A stretch of DNA of 64,000 bases from Pseudomonadota bacterium (lineage in GTDB: Bacteria > Bdellovibrionota > Bdellovibrionia > Bdellovibrionales > Bdellovibrionaceae), in the NCBI GenBank assembly GCA_041178425.1, contig JBEGVH010000017.1:1-64000 (forward strand), given 5' to 3'. The first letter of the stretch is position 1. Each line of letters opens with the position of its first letter. The notes below the pieces were generated by a model. It made no database searches and was not told where the DNA came from. It worked only from the letters and a program-made list of their open reading frames with translations. This document shows, one piece after another, positions 38,687 through 48,187 of this stretch. The translations under genes were made by a program, and so were the position numbers.

Positions 38687-38702
38687 AGGCATGGTGATTG
38701 CT
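38687..38702 (+). promoter_or_regulatory. Putative sigma-54 promoter
   Basis: AGGCATGGTGATTGCT (GG-N10-GC with TTGC), about 40 nt upstream of ATG 38743. Confidence 0.5.
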
Positions 38703-38742
38703 CTACTGATTGATCTTGAATGGCATTTTTTGAGAGGTCAGT

Positions 38743-39699
38743 ATGAGAACAGTTCTAATGAGTTCGATGGTCTTAGCTGGTTGTTTAGTATTTGGTGGAG
38801 TGGCTCAAGCGCGGCTCTATCGGTGTAATTTTGACAGTCATCAATCACAGATGACCATCTCCACGAAAACCCGTAAAATCAAAGTACTTGATTCTTCTGG
38901 AGACGTTGAGTTTTCTATTCGAAAAATTAAACAAGTGACCTTACTCGGCGAAACAAGGCAGATTTTTATTCTCGATAATGGCACCGACGTTCAAGTTGCC
39001 CTTTCTACTCCCTATAAAGATATTGCTACTGGCTTTTATTATCCGTTTAAAGTCTCCAGAAATGGGGTCTTGGGTGGCTGTGAGTCAGAGGATCTTGACC
39101 TCGACTCGTCGATCAGTAGAAGGAAGAGCCTTGTCAATGCCTTGGGATCGTCGATTGTTAACTCTTGGTCTGGCGATCTAGCTGCTTTTCGAGGGTATCG
39201 GGTGACAAATTCTGTTACTCTGGCTGCGGGTTCGACATGGATCGATCTTCAGGCGAAAGCCCGTGATCTGCGCTCTTGTTCCCTGAATCGAGGCGCGTAC
39301 TTTGTGCCCAGTGTAAGCCGGAAGGGCCAAAGTTTTGTGCATCTAGATTATCCCTCGTTGATGGTCGCCAACAAAGGTTCTGGTTTGAGAGAAGATGATT
39401 TTACTTTTAAAAAGGGTGAAGAAATCATTAATTTATCAGCCGATTCCGAAGGTCTCTGCTTAGTTGAAAAAGAGGGTGTGCCTTACGATGTGAATTGCCA
39501 GATTCTAAATAAAAGGCTCTTTACAAATGTTTCGGCCAAAGTGAATCTGTCGTCGGATTTTTCTTTTAACAACGGAGTTGCTCCAAAAGGCGATTACGTC
39601 TATGCTCTCTGTTCAGAGGGCCACTCGACTTGGATTCCCTCCCAACTGATGAAGGAAGACAAGCAGCACTTTGACCCTGTCTCGGTGGGGCCGAATTAA
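38743..39699 (+). CDS. Secreted cysteine-containing hypothetical protein
   Basis: GAGG RBS, signal peptide ending AQA, 318-aa ORF; no family recognised. Confidence 0.7.
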   Translation: MRTVLMSSMVLAGCLVFGGVAQARLYRCNFDSHQSQMTISTKTRKIKVLDSSGDVEFSIRKIKQVTLLGETRQIFILDNGTDVQVALSTPYKDIATGFYYPFKVSRNGVLGGCESEDLDLDSSISRRKSLVNALGSSIVNSWSGDLAAFRGYRVTNSVTLAAGSTWIDLQAKARDLRSCSLNRGAYFVPSVSRKGQSFVHLDYPSLMVANKGSGLREDDFTFKKGEEIINLSADSEGLCLVEKEGVPYDVNCQILNKRLFTNVSAKVNLSSDFSFNNGVAPKGDYVYALCSEGHSTWIPSQLMKEDKQHFDPVSVGPN

Positions 39700-39703
39700 C
39701 ACT

Positions 39704-40489
39704 CTAAAATTTTAGGTTCTGTGTGCAAAAAATAATTGAAGGGTAGCTCGCAAGCCAAGTGAAGACAAAGCGATTAAGGCCGAAGGTCGCAAAGTTCATA
39801 AGATGAAAGAAAAAGCCCGTGAGAAGTAGCGGGCCTGTTAATGCTGGATGAATCCATACGAGCGGAAATAAGCATTCCCATAGAATCACCCCCCAAGCAC
39901 TGAGTGCGCTAATGAGCGGGTGACGGAACATTCGTTGTAAATTTATTGGAACGGAATAATTGGAGTGGCTCACGAAGACCTCGAGGGCAAGACCATTGCG
40001 CCAGGATTTATTTCTTAACTTAACAACGCCTGCCACAAAGTAGGAGAGGGTTGTTTGAACGGCAATGTAGTAGAGGCCTACTTTTATTCGGAAGGGATCG
40101 TTGGGTTGGGACGTTGCGATGACTAGTCCCATGAGTTGTACCATGGTCATGTAGTCGCTGCCCCCGTTAAAGACACCCTTGAATCGCCATCCGACGAGGA
40201 GACTGGTAAAAACCAGGACAAGGGCGATGGGCCATCGAGGAACCAGTAAAAAAAATGCGATTGAGCTTAGCTGAAAGTAAATAAGTTTTTTGAAATGCTT
40301 CGAGTAAAACCAGTCGAGACTATTCTGTATTTTCTCAGGCCATCCCTTGAAGTCACCCTTAATATGAGACCAGCTCCATACGGAGTTTTCCCCGATCTTT
40401 TTCGAGATACTGAGCATTTCGAGGCTTTGAATGAGGAGAGAAAGACCCAGGAGAAAAATGGTAATGACAAGTGATCTGTCTGCCGTCAA
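39704..40489 (-). CDS. HTTM-domain (SdpB / vitamin K-dependent carboxylase-like) membrane protein
   Basis: FNGGSD, Q-x3-SYFVAGVVKL-x3-SW-x-NG, W-x4-WECLFP and FH-x2-NF-x2-FGLNRF. Confidence 0.75.
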   Translation of the reverse strand: MTADRSLVITIFLLGLSLLIQSLEMLSISKKIGENSVWSWSHIKGDFKGWPEKIQNSLDWFYSKHFKKLIYFQLSSIAFFLLVPRWPIALVLVFTSLLVGWRFKGVFNGGSDYMTMVQLMGLVIATSQPNDPFRIKVGLYYIAVQTTLSYFVAGVVKLRNKSWRNGLALEVFVSHSNYSVPINLQRMFRHPLISALSAWGVILWECLFPLVWIHPALTGPLLLTGFFFHLMNFATFGLNRFVFTWLASYPSIIFCTQNLKF

Positions 40490-41008
40490 TTAAACCTCCA
40501 TCGTCGGAGAAATGATGGAGTCTTGCCACAAGGGCTTTGTCTGCCGATGTTGATTCGAAAAGACAAACACCCCAATCCGAAATTGATAAGCTCTATAGCC
40601 AATGGGGTGATGTTTCAAAATTTGAGTTCTAACATAAGCAGAAACAATTTTGTAGGAGGAGAGGCTTTCGATCTCTCGGCTTTCAGCTGAAACAGAGTCT
40701 GCGATATCGTTGAGGAGTTGTTCTATTTGAATTTGCACAGCGATCGCTAGATTTTCATCAGGATTATGGAAGAGGTGTTTTAATTTTCTAGGCGGTCTCG
40801 AAATCGTTATTGGGATCCACTCAGAGAAAGTGGCTCCTTCTTCACTGAGGCGGTAGTGAATTTTAGGAATGGGTTGAATCGTATCAAAAAAACGCCAAGA
40901 GGGAAACAAAACCCTCAATAAGTTTAGATGAGGGTTTGATAGAAGGGGGGATCCTACCCAAGCAGTGATAAACAAAATGACTGTTGCGGCGATGACGATG
41001 AAACCCAT
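40490..41008 (-). CDS. SdpA/DUF5819-like partner of the HTTM protein
   Basis: N-terminal TM followed by LFPSWRFFD; abuts the HTTM gene. Confidence 0.5.
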   Translation of the reverse strand: MGFIVIAATVILFITAWVGSPLLSNPHLNLLRVLFPSWRFFDTIQPIPKIHYRLSEEGATFSEWIPITISRPPRKLKHLFHNPDENLAIAVQIQIEQLLNDIADSVSAESREIESLSSYKIVSAYVRTQILKHHPIGYRAYQFRIGVFVFSNQHRQTKPLWQDSIISPTMEV

Positions 41009-41099
41009 GGCTCAAGGTTACCGAACTTTATAGAAAACAACACTTATTTTTTTATTCTAGAATTGCCAAAGCTGTTATTGGTTCTTATTCTTTGGTTCT

Positions 41100-41384
41100 A
41101 TGAGATTTTGGACGTTAGTTTTACTCGGTGCCTTGTTAGAAGTTGTGGGTGATGTGTTTTTAAAAAAACAGCAGCTTGGACTCGGACTCGGAATCTATTT
41201 TTTAGGAAGTTGCTTTTGGGCTATGACCCTGAAAGAGTCCGACTTATCAAAATCGATCATTGTCTTCACCGTGGTTAACCTCCTTTTGGTTGTTGCAGTG
41301 GGGGTTATTAAATTCAACGAGGTCTTAACGGTCAAACAAATGATCGGTGTTGGGTTTGCGTTGGTCTCGCTAATCCTTATTTAG
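41100..41384 (+). CDS. SMR/DMT-family small membrane transporter
   Basis: 94 aa, four TM helices, membrane-embedded Glu14, FNEVLT..QMIG. Confidence 0.7.
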   Translation: MRFWTLVLLGALLEVVGDVFLKKQQLGLGLGIYFLGSCFWAMTLKESDLSKSIIVFTVVNLLLVVAVGVIKFNEVLTVKQMIGVGFALVSLILI

Positions 41385-41568
41385 CTTAGCAACCCCTGTC
41401 TTATCTTCAAATTTGTGCTTTGAATAGTTGCTTGATCAATCTGGAATTTCAGAATGGCGCAAGGCCTCCTCGTTCTTTCTATTGACAACTTAAACAGGGG
41501 CCAGACAAATTTAAAGGTGAGTATCAAGAGTTGAGGGACTCTTGTTGCGTTCCATTTGGAGGGGTTCT

Positions 41569-42936
41569 ATGTTTTTTTCTAAGAGGTTGTTAAACTTTCT
41601 AGCTAGTTTAATACTCCTAAGTGGTTGGCTTGCATCGAGCGATGTAAACGCTTCTAATGAGCAACATCCTCCGTTGGTTCGTTCTGATGTTTGGTTAGAG
41701 CGAGAACTTCCCCTCAGTCTGCATAGAATTTTTAAAAATGTCTCACCGTCGGACGCGCGGCCGGGGGCCGTGGTGGCGGCTCAAACAAGGTATAATCCTA
41801 ATTATTATTACCACTGGGTGAGAGATGCCGCTTTAACGATGGAGGCATTGATCTCTCACTATAATCTGAATAGCGCTCAACATCGTCAGGCCGCCAAAGA
41901 ACAGGCCGTGATTCGGCAGAAGCTCATAGAGTACTTTGAGTTTTCGCATCACATTCAAAATGTACAGTCTCTCGAAGGTCTTGGTGAGCCTAAGTTTCAC
42001 GTTGATGGCTCTGCCTATAATGAACCCTGGGGGCGCCCTCAAAATGATGGGCCGGCACTCCGGGCTCTTTCACTGATTCACTTTGCAAAAATATTGATCA
42101 ATGAGGGGCATATCGATTTGGTTCGAGCTCGATTTTATAACCCCAAACTCGCTAATGGAAGTGTTATCAAGCGAGATCTCGAGTTTGTTTCTCACCAATG
42201 GCGCCATTCGAGTTTTGACCTTTGGGAAGAAGTTCGTGGAGATCACTTTTATACTCGCATGGTGCAACGAAGAGCATTGCTGGAAGGAGCCGAGCTAGCA
42301 TCCACCCTCGGCGATGCGGGTGCGGCTCAGTGGTATGCAAAACAAGGAAGAGAAATCGAGAGAGATCTCCATCATTTTTGGAGTCAACAGCACGGTCACT
42401 ATTTAACCACACGCCATCGTACGGGTGGCCTTGATTACAAACACAGTCAATTGGATGTGGCTTTTGTACTTGGTTTATTGCACGGATCCCTAGACGATGG
42501 ATTTTTGGGCTTTTCAGATCCCAAGGTTCTAGAGACGTTTCATCAAATTGCCCAAAGCTTTGCGCGGATTTATCCCATCAATCATAATTCAACGAATATG
42601 GGTTTGGCGATCGGTCGCTATCCAGAAGACATGTATGGTGGTTCACATTTTAACCACGGAAATCCCTGGGTCCTGTGCACTCTCGCCTTTGCGGAGGCTT
42701 ATTATCGCGCTGCATTTGAGGCCGAACTACGTAACGATATAAATAGGGCTCATGAATGGCGACAAAAGGGTGATTCTTATATTCGTCGCGTGCAATTTCA
42801 CACAGGTTCCGATGGCTCATTAAATGAGCAGTTTGATCGCCATAATGGTTATATGACGTCTGTCGAAGATCTGACGTGGAATTATGCAGCTATTTTGACA
42901 ACCCATCTCGCACGAACCAATCTTCGTAACAAGTAA
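41569..42936 (+). CDS. Secreted glucoamylase, GH15 (fungal-type signature)
   Basis: NPNYYYHWVRDAAL, LGEPKF, WGRPQNDGPALRA, FDLWEEV, IGRYPED, GNPW, EQFDR and DLTWNYA. Start placed after the GGAGG RBS. Confidence 0.9.
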   Translation: MFFSKRLLNFLASLILLSGWLASSDVNASNEQHPPLVRSDVWLERELPLSLHRIFKNVSPSDARPGAVVAAQTRYNPNYYYHWVRDAALTMEALISHYNLNSAQHRQAAKEQAVIRQKLIEYFEFSHHIQNVQSLEGLGEPKFHVDGSAYNEPWGRPQNDGPALRALSLIHFAKILINEGHIDLVRARFYNPKLANGSVIKRDLEFVSHQWRHSSFDLWEEVRGDHFYTRMVQRRALLEGAELASTLGDAGAAQWYAKQGREIERDLHHFWSQQHGHYLTTRHRTGGLDYKHSQLDVAFVLGLLHGSLDDGFLGFSDPKVLETFHQIAQSFARIYPINHNSTNMGLAIGRYPEDMYGGSHFNHGNPWVLCTLAFAEAYYRAAFEAELRNDINRAHEWRQKGDSYIRRVQFHTGSDGSLNEQFDRHNGYMTSVEDLTWNYAAILTTHLARTNLRNK

Positions 42937-43055
42937 ATGGTTTGATCCCATAGGAATTAAAGACCCATGGGGCGATTGTCCTATTGAATTTATAATGCCT
43001 TTGATCCATTGTCGGTCTCCTAGATTTGCTGATCGTTTTTTGGGGGGATCGAAAA

Positions 43056-44324
43056 ATGTCAGGCATCATGCCTTTCTTAGTGATTATGTTTGTGACCGTC
43101 ACGGCCACTCTCACTGTGAGAGCTGAAGAGTCGATAGTTCTTTGTCCGTCGCTCCAAACATTGAGTTCTCTGCTCGAATGTATGGAGAAAAATCATCCTG
43201 AGTATACTCACTCCCTTCTCATGGAGGAAGAAGCTCAATTGGGATTGCAGCAAGCAAAACAGTTTAAGAACCCCGAATTTTCTTTGCGGTCTGTGGGTGG
43301 CGACAATTTTGGTATGGGAATTGGCGGGTCCGAATTAGCCGTTACCTATCCGTTTCCTATTAGTGCTCGACGATCCACATTCGTTGATGCCGCCAAAGCC
43401 AGTGGCGAACAACTGAAGGCTCAGGCGTTGTTGCTGCGCCATGAATCGAAAACGGCCTTTATTAAAGATGCCTTTCGAATGCGCCAAATCGACGACGAGC
43501 AAAAATGGTACAAATTTATTTTTGATCAACTACAGGCTCAGCGAAGCACCTACTTAAAGCGAGTGGTGAGAGAGCCCGAGCAAGATGTTTTTTTAAGCTT
43601 GGTGCAATTGCTCATCGCCGATAATCTCACTAAACAAAGCTCTCTTGATATTGAATCGCGAGAACTGAAGAGCCGACTCCAACGGGCTCTGGGTCACAAA
43701 AACTCTCTGGCTTCGGTGAAGTGGCCCTTGCTTAAAAAAGAATGGCCAGACTTGGGAACCAAAGAAGCCTTATCAATTGATAAGCGTCCGGAACTTGTCG
43801 AAATAAGAGCAAGACAAGATCAGGCGCTAGCTGAATGGAACTTTGCCAAAGCATCAACTTGGCCTGAGTTCAATTTTGGCCCTGTTATTCAGCGAGCCAA
43901 CGAAGGCCCTTCGGTTTATTATTCTTATGGTTTGCAAGTCACTTTTGAACTGCCGGTTCTTTCTTGGAACCAAGGTGCTAGAGCTCTTAAGTCCAATCAA
44001 TATGTGCATGCAACCCATGAAGTTGAGCTCATGAAGCAAAAGCAAGAATACGTTCTTGAAACCTATATTCAACAATACAAAAAAACAATCGAAGCACAGT
44101 CATACTTGCCATCAAGCCAAGAGGTGACTCGCAAGGCACAGCAAACCCAAAACTACTTTCAACGCGGAATGATTAGCGGACCCACCATCATCGAATCCTA
44201 TCGGCAAACAATGGATTCGGTGATTAATCGCCATCATTTAGAAATCCTTACTCTTGATGCTTTTCTTTGGCTGAAAATCACTCAAGGAAAAGATCCAGCG
44301 CAGGAGTTGGAGGCCCTATTATGA
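43056..44324 (+). CDS. CzcC/TolC-like outer membrane efflux protein
   Basis: Signal peptide, NPEF, RPEL and ELPVLSWNQG motifs; overlaps the RND gene start. Confidence 0.75.
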   Translation: MSGIMPFLVIMFVTVTATLTVRAEESIVLCPSLQTLSSLLECMEKNHPEYTHSLLMEEEAQLGLQQAKQFKNPEFSLRSVGGDNFGMGIGGSELAVTYPFPISARRSTFVDAAKASGEQLKAQALLLRHESKTAFIKDAFRMRQIDDEQKWYKFIFDQLQAQRSTYLKRVVREPEQDVFLSLVQLLIADNLTKQSSLDIESRELKSRLQRALGHKNSLASVKWPLLKKEWPDLGTKEALSIDKRPELVEIRARQDQALAEWNFAKASTWPEFNFGPVIQRANEGPSVYYSYGLQVTFELPVLSWNQGARALKSNQYVHATHEVELMKQKQEYVLETYIQQYKKTIEAQSYLPSSQEVTRKAQQTQNYFQRGMISGPTIIESYRQTMDSVINRHHLEILTLDAFLWLKITQGKDPAQELEALL

Positions 44325-47300
44325 TTAATAAAATTATTCATTGGTCGGTTTATCGTAGCGGGGTAACTCTGGCCTTGGCTTTTGTTTTGTGTTTGGTGGG
44401 GTGGTGGAGTTTTGAACATCTCACGATTGATGCGGTTCCGGATATTACAAACAAACAGGTACAAGTAAATACCACGGTGCTTGGATTTTCTCCAGAGGAG
44501 ATTGAACGCACGGTGACCGTTCCGATTGAGAATAGCATGCGAGGAATCGCAGGAGTCAGTGAAGTTCGCTCGATCACTCGATTTGGGCTTTCGCAAGTTT
44601 CAGTTATTTTTAATGATCAGGTGGATATTTACCGAGCTCGACAAATGGTTTCAGAACGTCTGCAATCTGTCTTAAGAGAGCTCCCAGAAGACACATCACC
44701 CACTTTAGGACCCATCACCACTGGTCTGGGTGAAGTGTTTACTTACAGTCTTGATTACGAACAAAAAGCAAAGACTTCCGAAGACCGTGTGCTCCAGTTG
44801 ATGGAACTTAAAACGTTGCAACAGTGGGTGGTGAGACCACGTTTAATTACTGTCGAGGGCGTGGCCGAAGTCAATACAGCGGGTGGTTTTGAAAAGCAAT
44901 ATCACGTGTTGCCAGATTCTAGCAAAATGGCATGGTATAAGGTTCATTTTGGCGATATTTTAGACGCGCTCTCGAGGGTGAATCAAAATGTCGGCGGTGG
45001 CTATCTAGAAAGCGATGGGAAGCAATCTCTTGTTCAGGGTGTTGGGCTATTAACAAGCATTAGTGATCTCAAATCCGTGCCCGTGAAAACTCTTGAAAAT
45101 TTTCAGAGGGTAAACATCGGTGATTTAGGTGATGTTAAGCTTGGCACCGACCTGCGCAGGGGAGCGGCTACGTTGAACGGTGAAGAAACTGTTTTGGGAA
45201 CCGTCTTGATGTTGGTGGGTGAAAACAGCCGTGTCGTGACCGAGAGAGTGCGGGATAAAATCGAGGAGATTGAAAAGTCCCTTCCAAACGGGGTTCACAT
45301 TAAAACCCTTTATGATCGTTCGGTCCTCGTCGACGCGACCTTGGGAACGGTTGAACATAACTTAATGACGGGTGCCTTGTTAGTGGTCGTTGTGTTAATG
45401 CTGCTTCTTGGGCATTGGCGAGCGGCCTTGATTACTGCACTTGCGATTCCACTGGCTTTGCTTTGGACATTCATGCTCATGAAGCCTCTGGGAATTTCTG
45501 GTAACTTAATGAGTCTTGGCGCCCTCGATTTTGGAATTATCGTTGATGGCACCGTCATAGTCCTCGATAATTGTATTCGAAGACTTCGGCAGTATAGCCA
45601 AGAGATGGGGCGAGAAATCACCCGAGACGAAATCCGTGAACAAGTCTATCAAGCAACCGTAGAAATTCGAACAGCCGCCGGGTTTGGTGAGTTGATTGTG
45701 ATTATGGTTTTCTTACCACTTTTTGGATTGACGGGCATTGAGGGAAAAATGTTTACCCCGATGGCTGCCACTTTCACCTTGGCTATTCTTGGGGCCCTTT
45801 TGCTTTCGTTCACTGTGGCTCCGGCGCTTGCAAGTATCATGTTAAAATCACCAAAAGTCGGGCAAGCCGATGATCCCAAGGTGATGCAGTTTTTCGAGAG
45901 AGTTTATCTTCGACCCCTCACCTGGGCCATCAACCATCAAAAAATTATTTTGATGGGCGCTGGGGCTACGGTAGTTTTAGGAATTATTTTATTTTTATCA
46001 CGGGGATCTGATTTTTTGCCTCAATTAAACGAAGGCTCTCTCGCTGTACAGATGATTCGACCAGTCGATATATCGTTGTCGGAGTCTGTTGAACTACAAA
46101 AAAAGAGCGAACAATTAATGCTTGGTTTTCCCGAAGTCACGCATGTGTTTGCCAACATTGGAACCGGGGAAGTGGCCACCGATCCGATGGGTGTAAATAC
46201 AGGTGATACTTATGTGATGCTCAAGCCCCGAGAAGAATGGCCTAAAATTGATGGGCATCGTCGCACTCCGGAGGAGTTAACGGAGGCCATTTTAGGCGCT
46301 CTAAAAACCAAATTGCCCGATCAGGAGTACATTGCTTCTCAGCCGATTCAAATGCGTTTTAATGAATTACTCGAGGGGAGTCGTGCCGACGTAGCACTAA
46401 AGGTGTTTGGTTACGATTTGCAAGTACTCGTTGATATTGCTCTTCGGGCGCAGAAACTCCTCGAGCCGCTTCAAGGAGCTTCTGATGTTGAAGTTGATAT
46501 CACTGGAACTTCTCCATTGCTCAAGGTCGAACCAAAAACAGCGGCCTTTGCGTCGTTGGGAGCGAATTTATTTGATGTTTTAGAAACAGTGCAAGTTGGA
46601 ATCGGTGGAATGGACGCGGGGTGGTTTTATGAGGGATCTCGGCGGCATCCGATTGTGGTGAGAGCGCCTGACCGTTTTAGGAATGATCCTTCAGAGCTTA
46701 AAAAACTGCCAGTGGGTTTGGGAGCTCATACCACCACAGCATTAGAGACTGTGGCCGAATTAATTTCATCGCAAGCCTATGGAGCCATTAATAGGGAAGA
46801 TTCTCAGCGCAAAACCACGGTGATGATGAATATTCGCGGGCGAGACACCGAAAGTTTAGTCAATGAGGCAAAAGAAAAGGTCGCGTCCATTCAATTGCCT
46901 CAAGATTATTATTTTGAATGGGGTGGCAACTTCAAAAATCTTCAGAGCGCCAAGAAGCGACTGATGATTTTAACACCCCTGGCTTTATTGCTAGTGCTCG
47001 GCATGATCTATGCTGCCTTCGAAAACGGCGTGCAAACTCTGATAGTTTTTTCGGGTGTTCCCTTGGCTTTGGCAGGGGGTATTTTAGGATTAATTTTTAA
47101 TCAACTACCATTCAGTATTTCTGCGGGCATTGGTTTTATTGCTCTCTGCGGTATTGCCGTACTCAACGGGGTAGTGCTAATGAACTATTTCAATTTCCTA
47201 CATTCCCAAGGGGCGCGAGGAGTGGCCTTGGTGATGGAGGGATGTCAAACTCGGTTGCGACCGGTTTTGATGACGGCACTTGTGGCGGCTTTTGGGTTTG

Positions 47301-47470
47301 TTCCAATGATGTTGTCACGAGGTGTTGGTGCAGAAGTGCAAAGGCCTCTCGCCAGTGTGGTGATTGGTGGAATCGTGTCTTCAACATTTTTGACCTTGAT
47401 TGTTTTGCCGGTGTTGTACTTAGTTTTTGAAAAACACATGCAAACCTACAAGGCCCCTTCAATGCATTAG
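44321..47470 (+). CDS. czcA: CusA/CzcA-family heavy-metal RND permease
   Basis: IDAVPDITNKQVQVNT, MSLGALDFGIIVDG, EGKMFTPMA, RLRPVLMTA and EVQRPLA. Confidence 0.9.
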   Translation: MINKIIHWSVYRSGVTLALAFVLCLVGWWSFEHLTIDAVPDITNKQVQVNTTVLGFSPEEIERTVTVPIENSMRGIAGVSEVRSITRFGLSQVSVIFNDQVDIYRARQMVSERLQSVLRELPEDTSPTLGPITTGLGEVFTYSLDYEQKAKTSEDRVLQLMELKTLQQWVVRPRLITVEGVAEVNTAGGFEKQYHVLPDSSKMAWYKVHFGDILDALSRVNQNVGGGYLESDGKQSLVQGVGLLTSISDLKSVPVKTLENFQRVNIGDLGDVKLGTDLRRGAATLNGEETVLGTVLMLVGENSRVVTERVRDKIEEIEKSLPNGVHIKTLYDRSVLVDATLGTVEHNLMTGALLVVVVLMLLLGHWRAALITALAIPLALLWTFMLMKPLGISGNLMSLGALDFGIIVDGTVIVLDNCIRRLRQYSQEMGREITRDEIREQVYQATVEIRTAAGFGELIVIMVFLPLFGLTGIEGKMFTPMAATFTLAILGALLLSFTVAPALASIMLKSPKVGQADDPKVMQFFERVYLRPLTWAINHQKIILMGAGATVVLGIILFLSRGSDFLPQLNEGSLAVQMIRPVDISLSESVELQKKSEQLMLGFPEVTHVFANIGTGEVATDPMGVNTGDTYVMLKPREEWPKIDGHRRTPEELTEAILGALKTKLPDQEYIASQPIQMRFNELLEGSRADVALKVFGYDLQVLVDIALRAQKLLEPLQGASDVEVDITGTSPLLKVEPKTAAFASLGANLFDVLETVQVGIGGMDAGWFYEGSRRHPIVVRAPDRFRNDPSELKKLPVGLGAHTTTALETVAELISSQAYGAINREDSQRKTTVMMNIRGRDTESLVNEAKEKVASIQLPQDYYFEWGGNFKNLQSAKKRLMILTPLALLLVLGMIYAAFENGVQTLIVFSGVPLALAGGILGLIFNQLPFSISAGIGFIALCGIAVLNGVVLMNYFNFLHSQGARGVALVMEGCQTRLRPVLMTALVAAFGFVPMMLSRGVGAEVQRPLASVVIGGIVSSTFLTLIVLPVLYLVFEKHMQTYKAPSMH

Positions 47471-47479
47471 GAGGACTCA

Positions 47480-48187
47480 GTGAAGTTCAGTACCTTGAAA
47501 ATAGTATGCTCAATATTAATATTGGCGGCGATGGCTCTGATTGGTTGCGATAATAAACGCAGTTCTACGGGAGCCAGAGAAAAAGCAAAGGCTGAGTACG
47601 AAATTGGGCAGGAGCTTGAACGTCAACGCCAGCGCCAAAAAGCAGAAGCCATGGAGGCCGATCTTGTTCGTCGAAAAAGGCTTTACGAGAGAATGAACGC
47701 TGAGTTTGAAGGCGAAGTGAATGTACGTCTATTCGACGATGACGATCGATTGTACCCAGTGACGTTGCAATTAATTGTTAATCCGCAAATTCCGCCGGAG
47801 TCCTCAGGTCGTCTTCGTGAACTCACTGAGATTGAAGCTGATTTAGCGAGTCTGAAGCATTTCGTTCATGGAGTGCTCGAAATCAAAGCCTCTCGTTATC
47901 CTTATGTTGAGGGTTGTGATTTTGAAACCCAACAGGTTTATAAGACCGGGTATCTTTATCTTAAGTCAGAGTCGTGCAACTTTTTTGTGAGTTTGTATTT
48001 AAATGAAGGTAAAATTCACACCAATCAGCAAGAAATCATCAATGAATCCTCACATCTGGCGGAGAAAGCCATGAGCGGCACCATTGATCAAATTCCTTAT
48101 CTCCTCGGGCGCGGCTACTTTTCGCAAACGGGAGAGTCTTTCACTATTCAATTGAAACGTAAAAATTTGGTTGGGTTCAAACGATGA
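47480..48187 (+). CDS. Hypothetical lipoprotein with an N-terminal coiled coil
   Basis: AGGAGG RBS, lipobox LIGC, charged helical segment. Confidence 0.7.
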   Translation: MKFSTLKIVCSILILAAMALIGCDNKRSSTGAREKAKAEYEIGQELERQRQRQKAEAMEADLVRRKRLYERMNAEFEGEVNVRLFDDDDRLYPVTLQLIVNPQIPPESSGRLRELTEIEADLASLKHFVHGVLEIKASRYPYVEGCDFETQQVYKTGYLYLKSESCNFFVSLYLNEGKIHTNQQEIINESSHLAEKAMSGTIDQIPYLLGRGYFSQTGESFTIQLKRKNLVGFKR

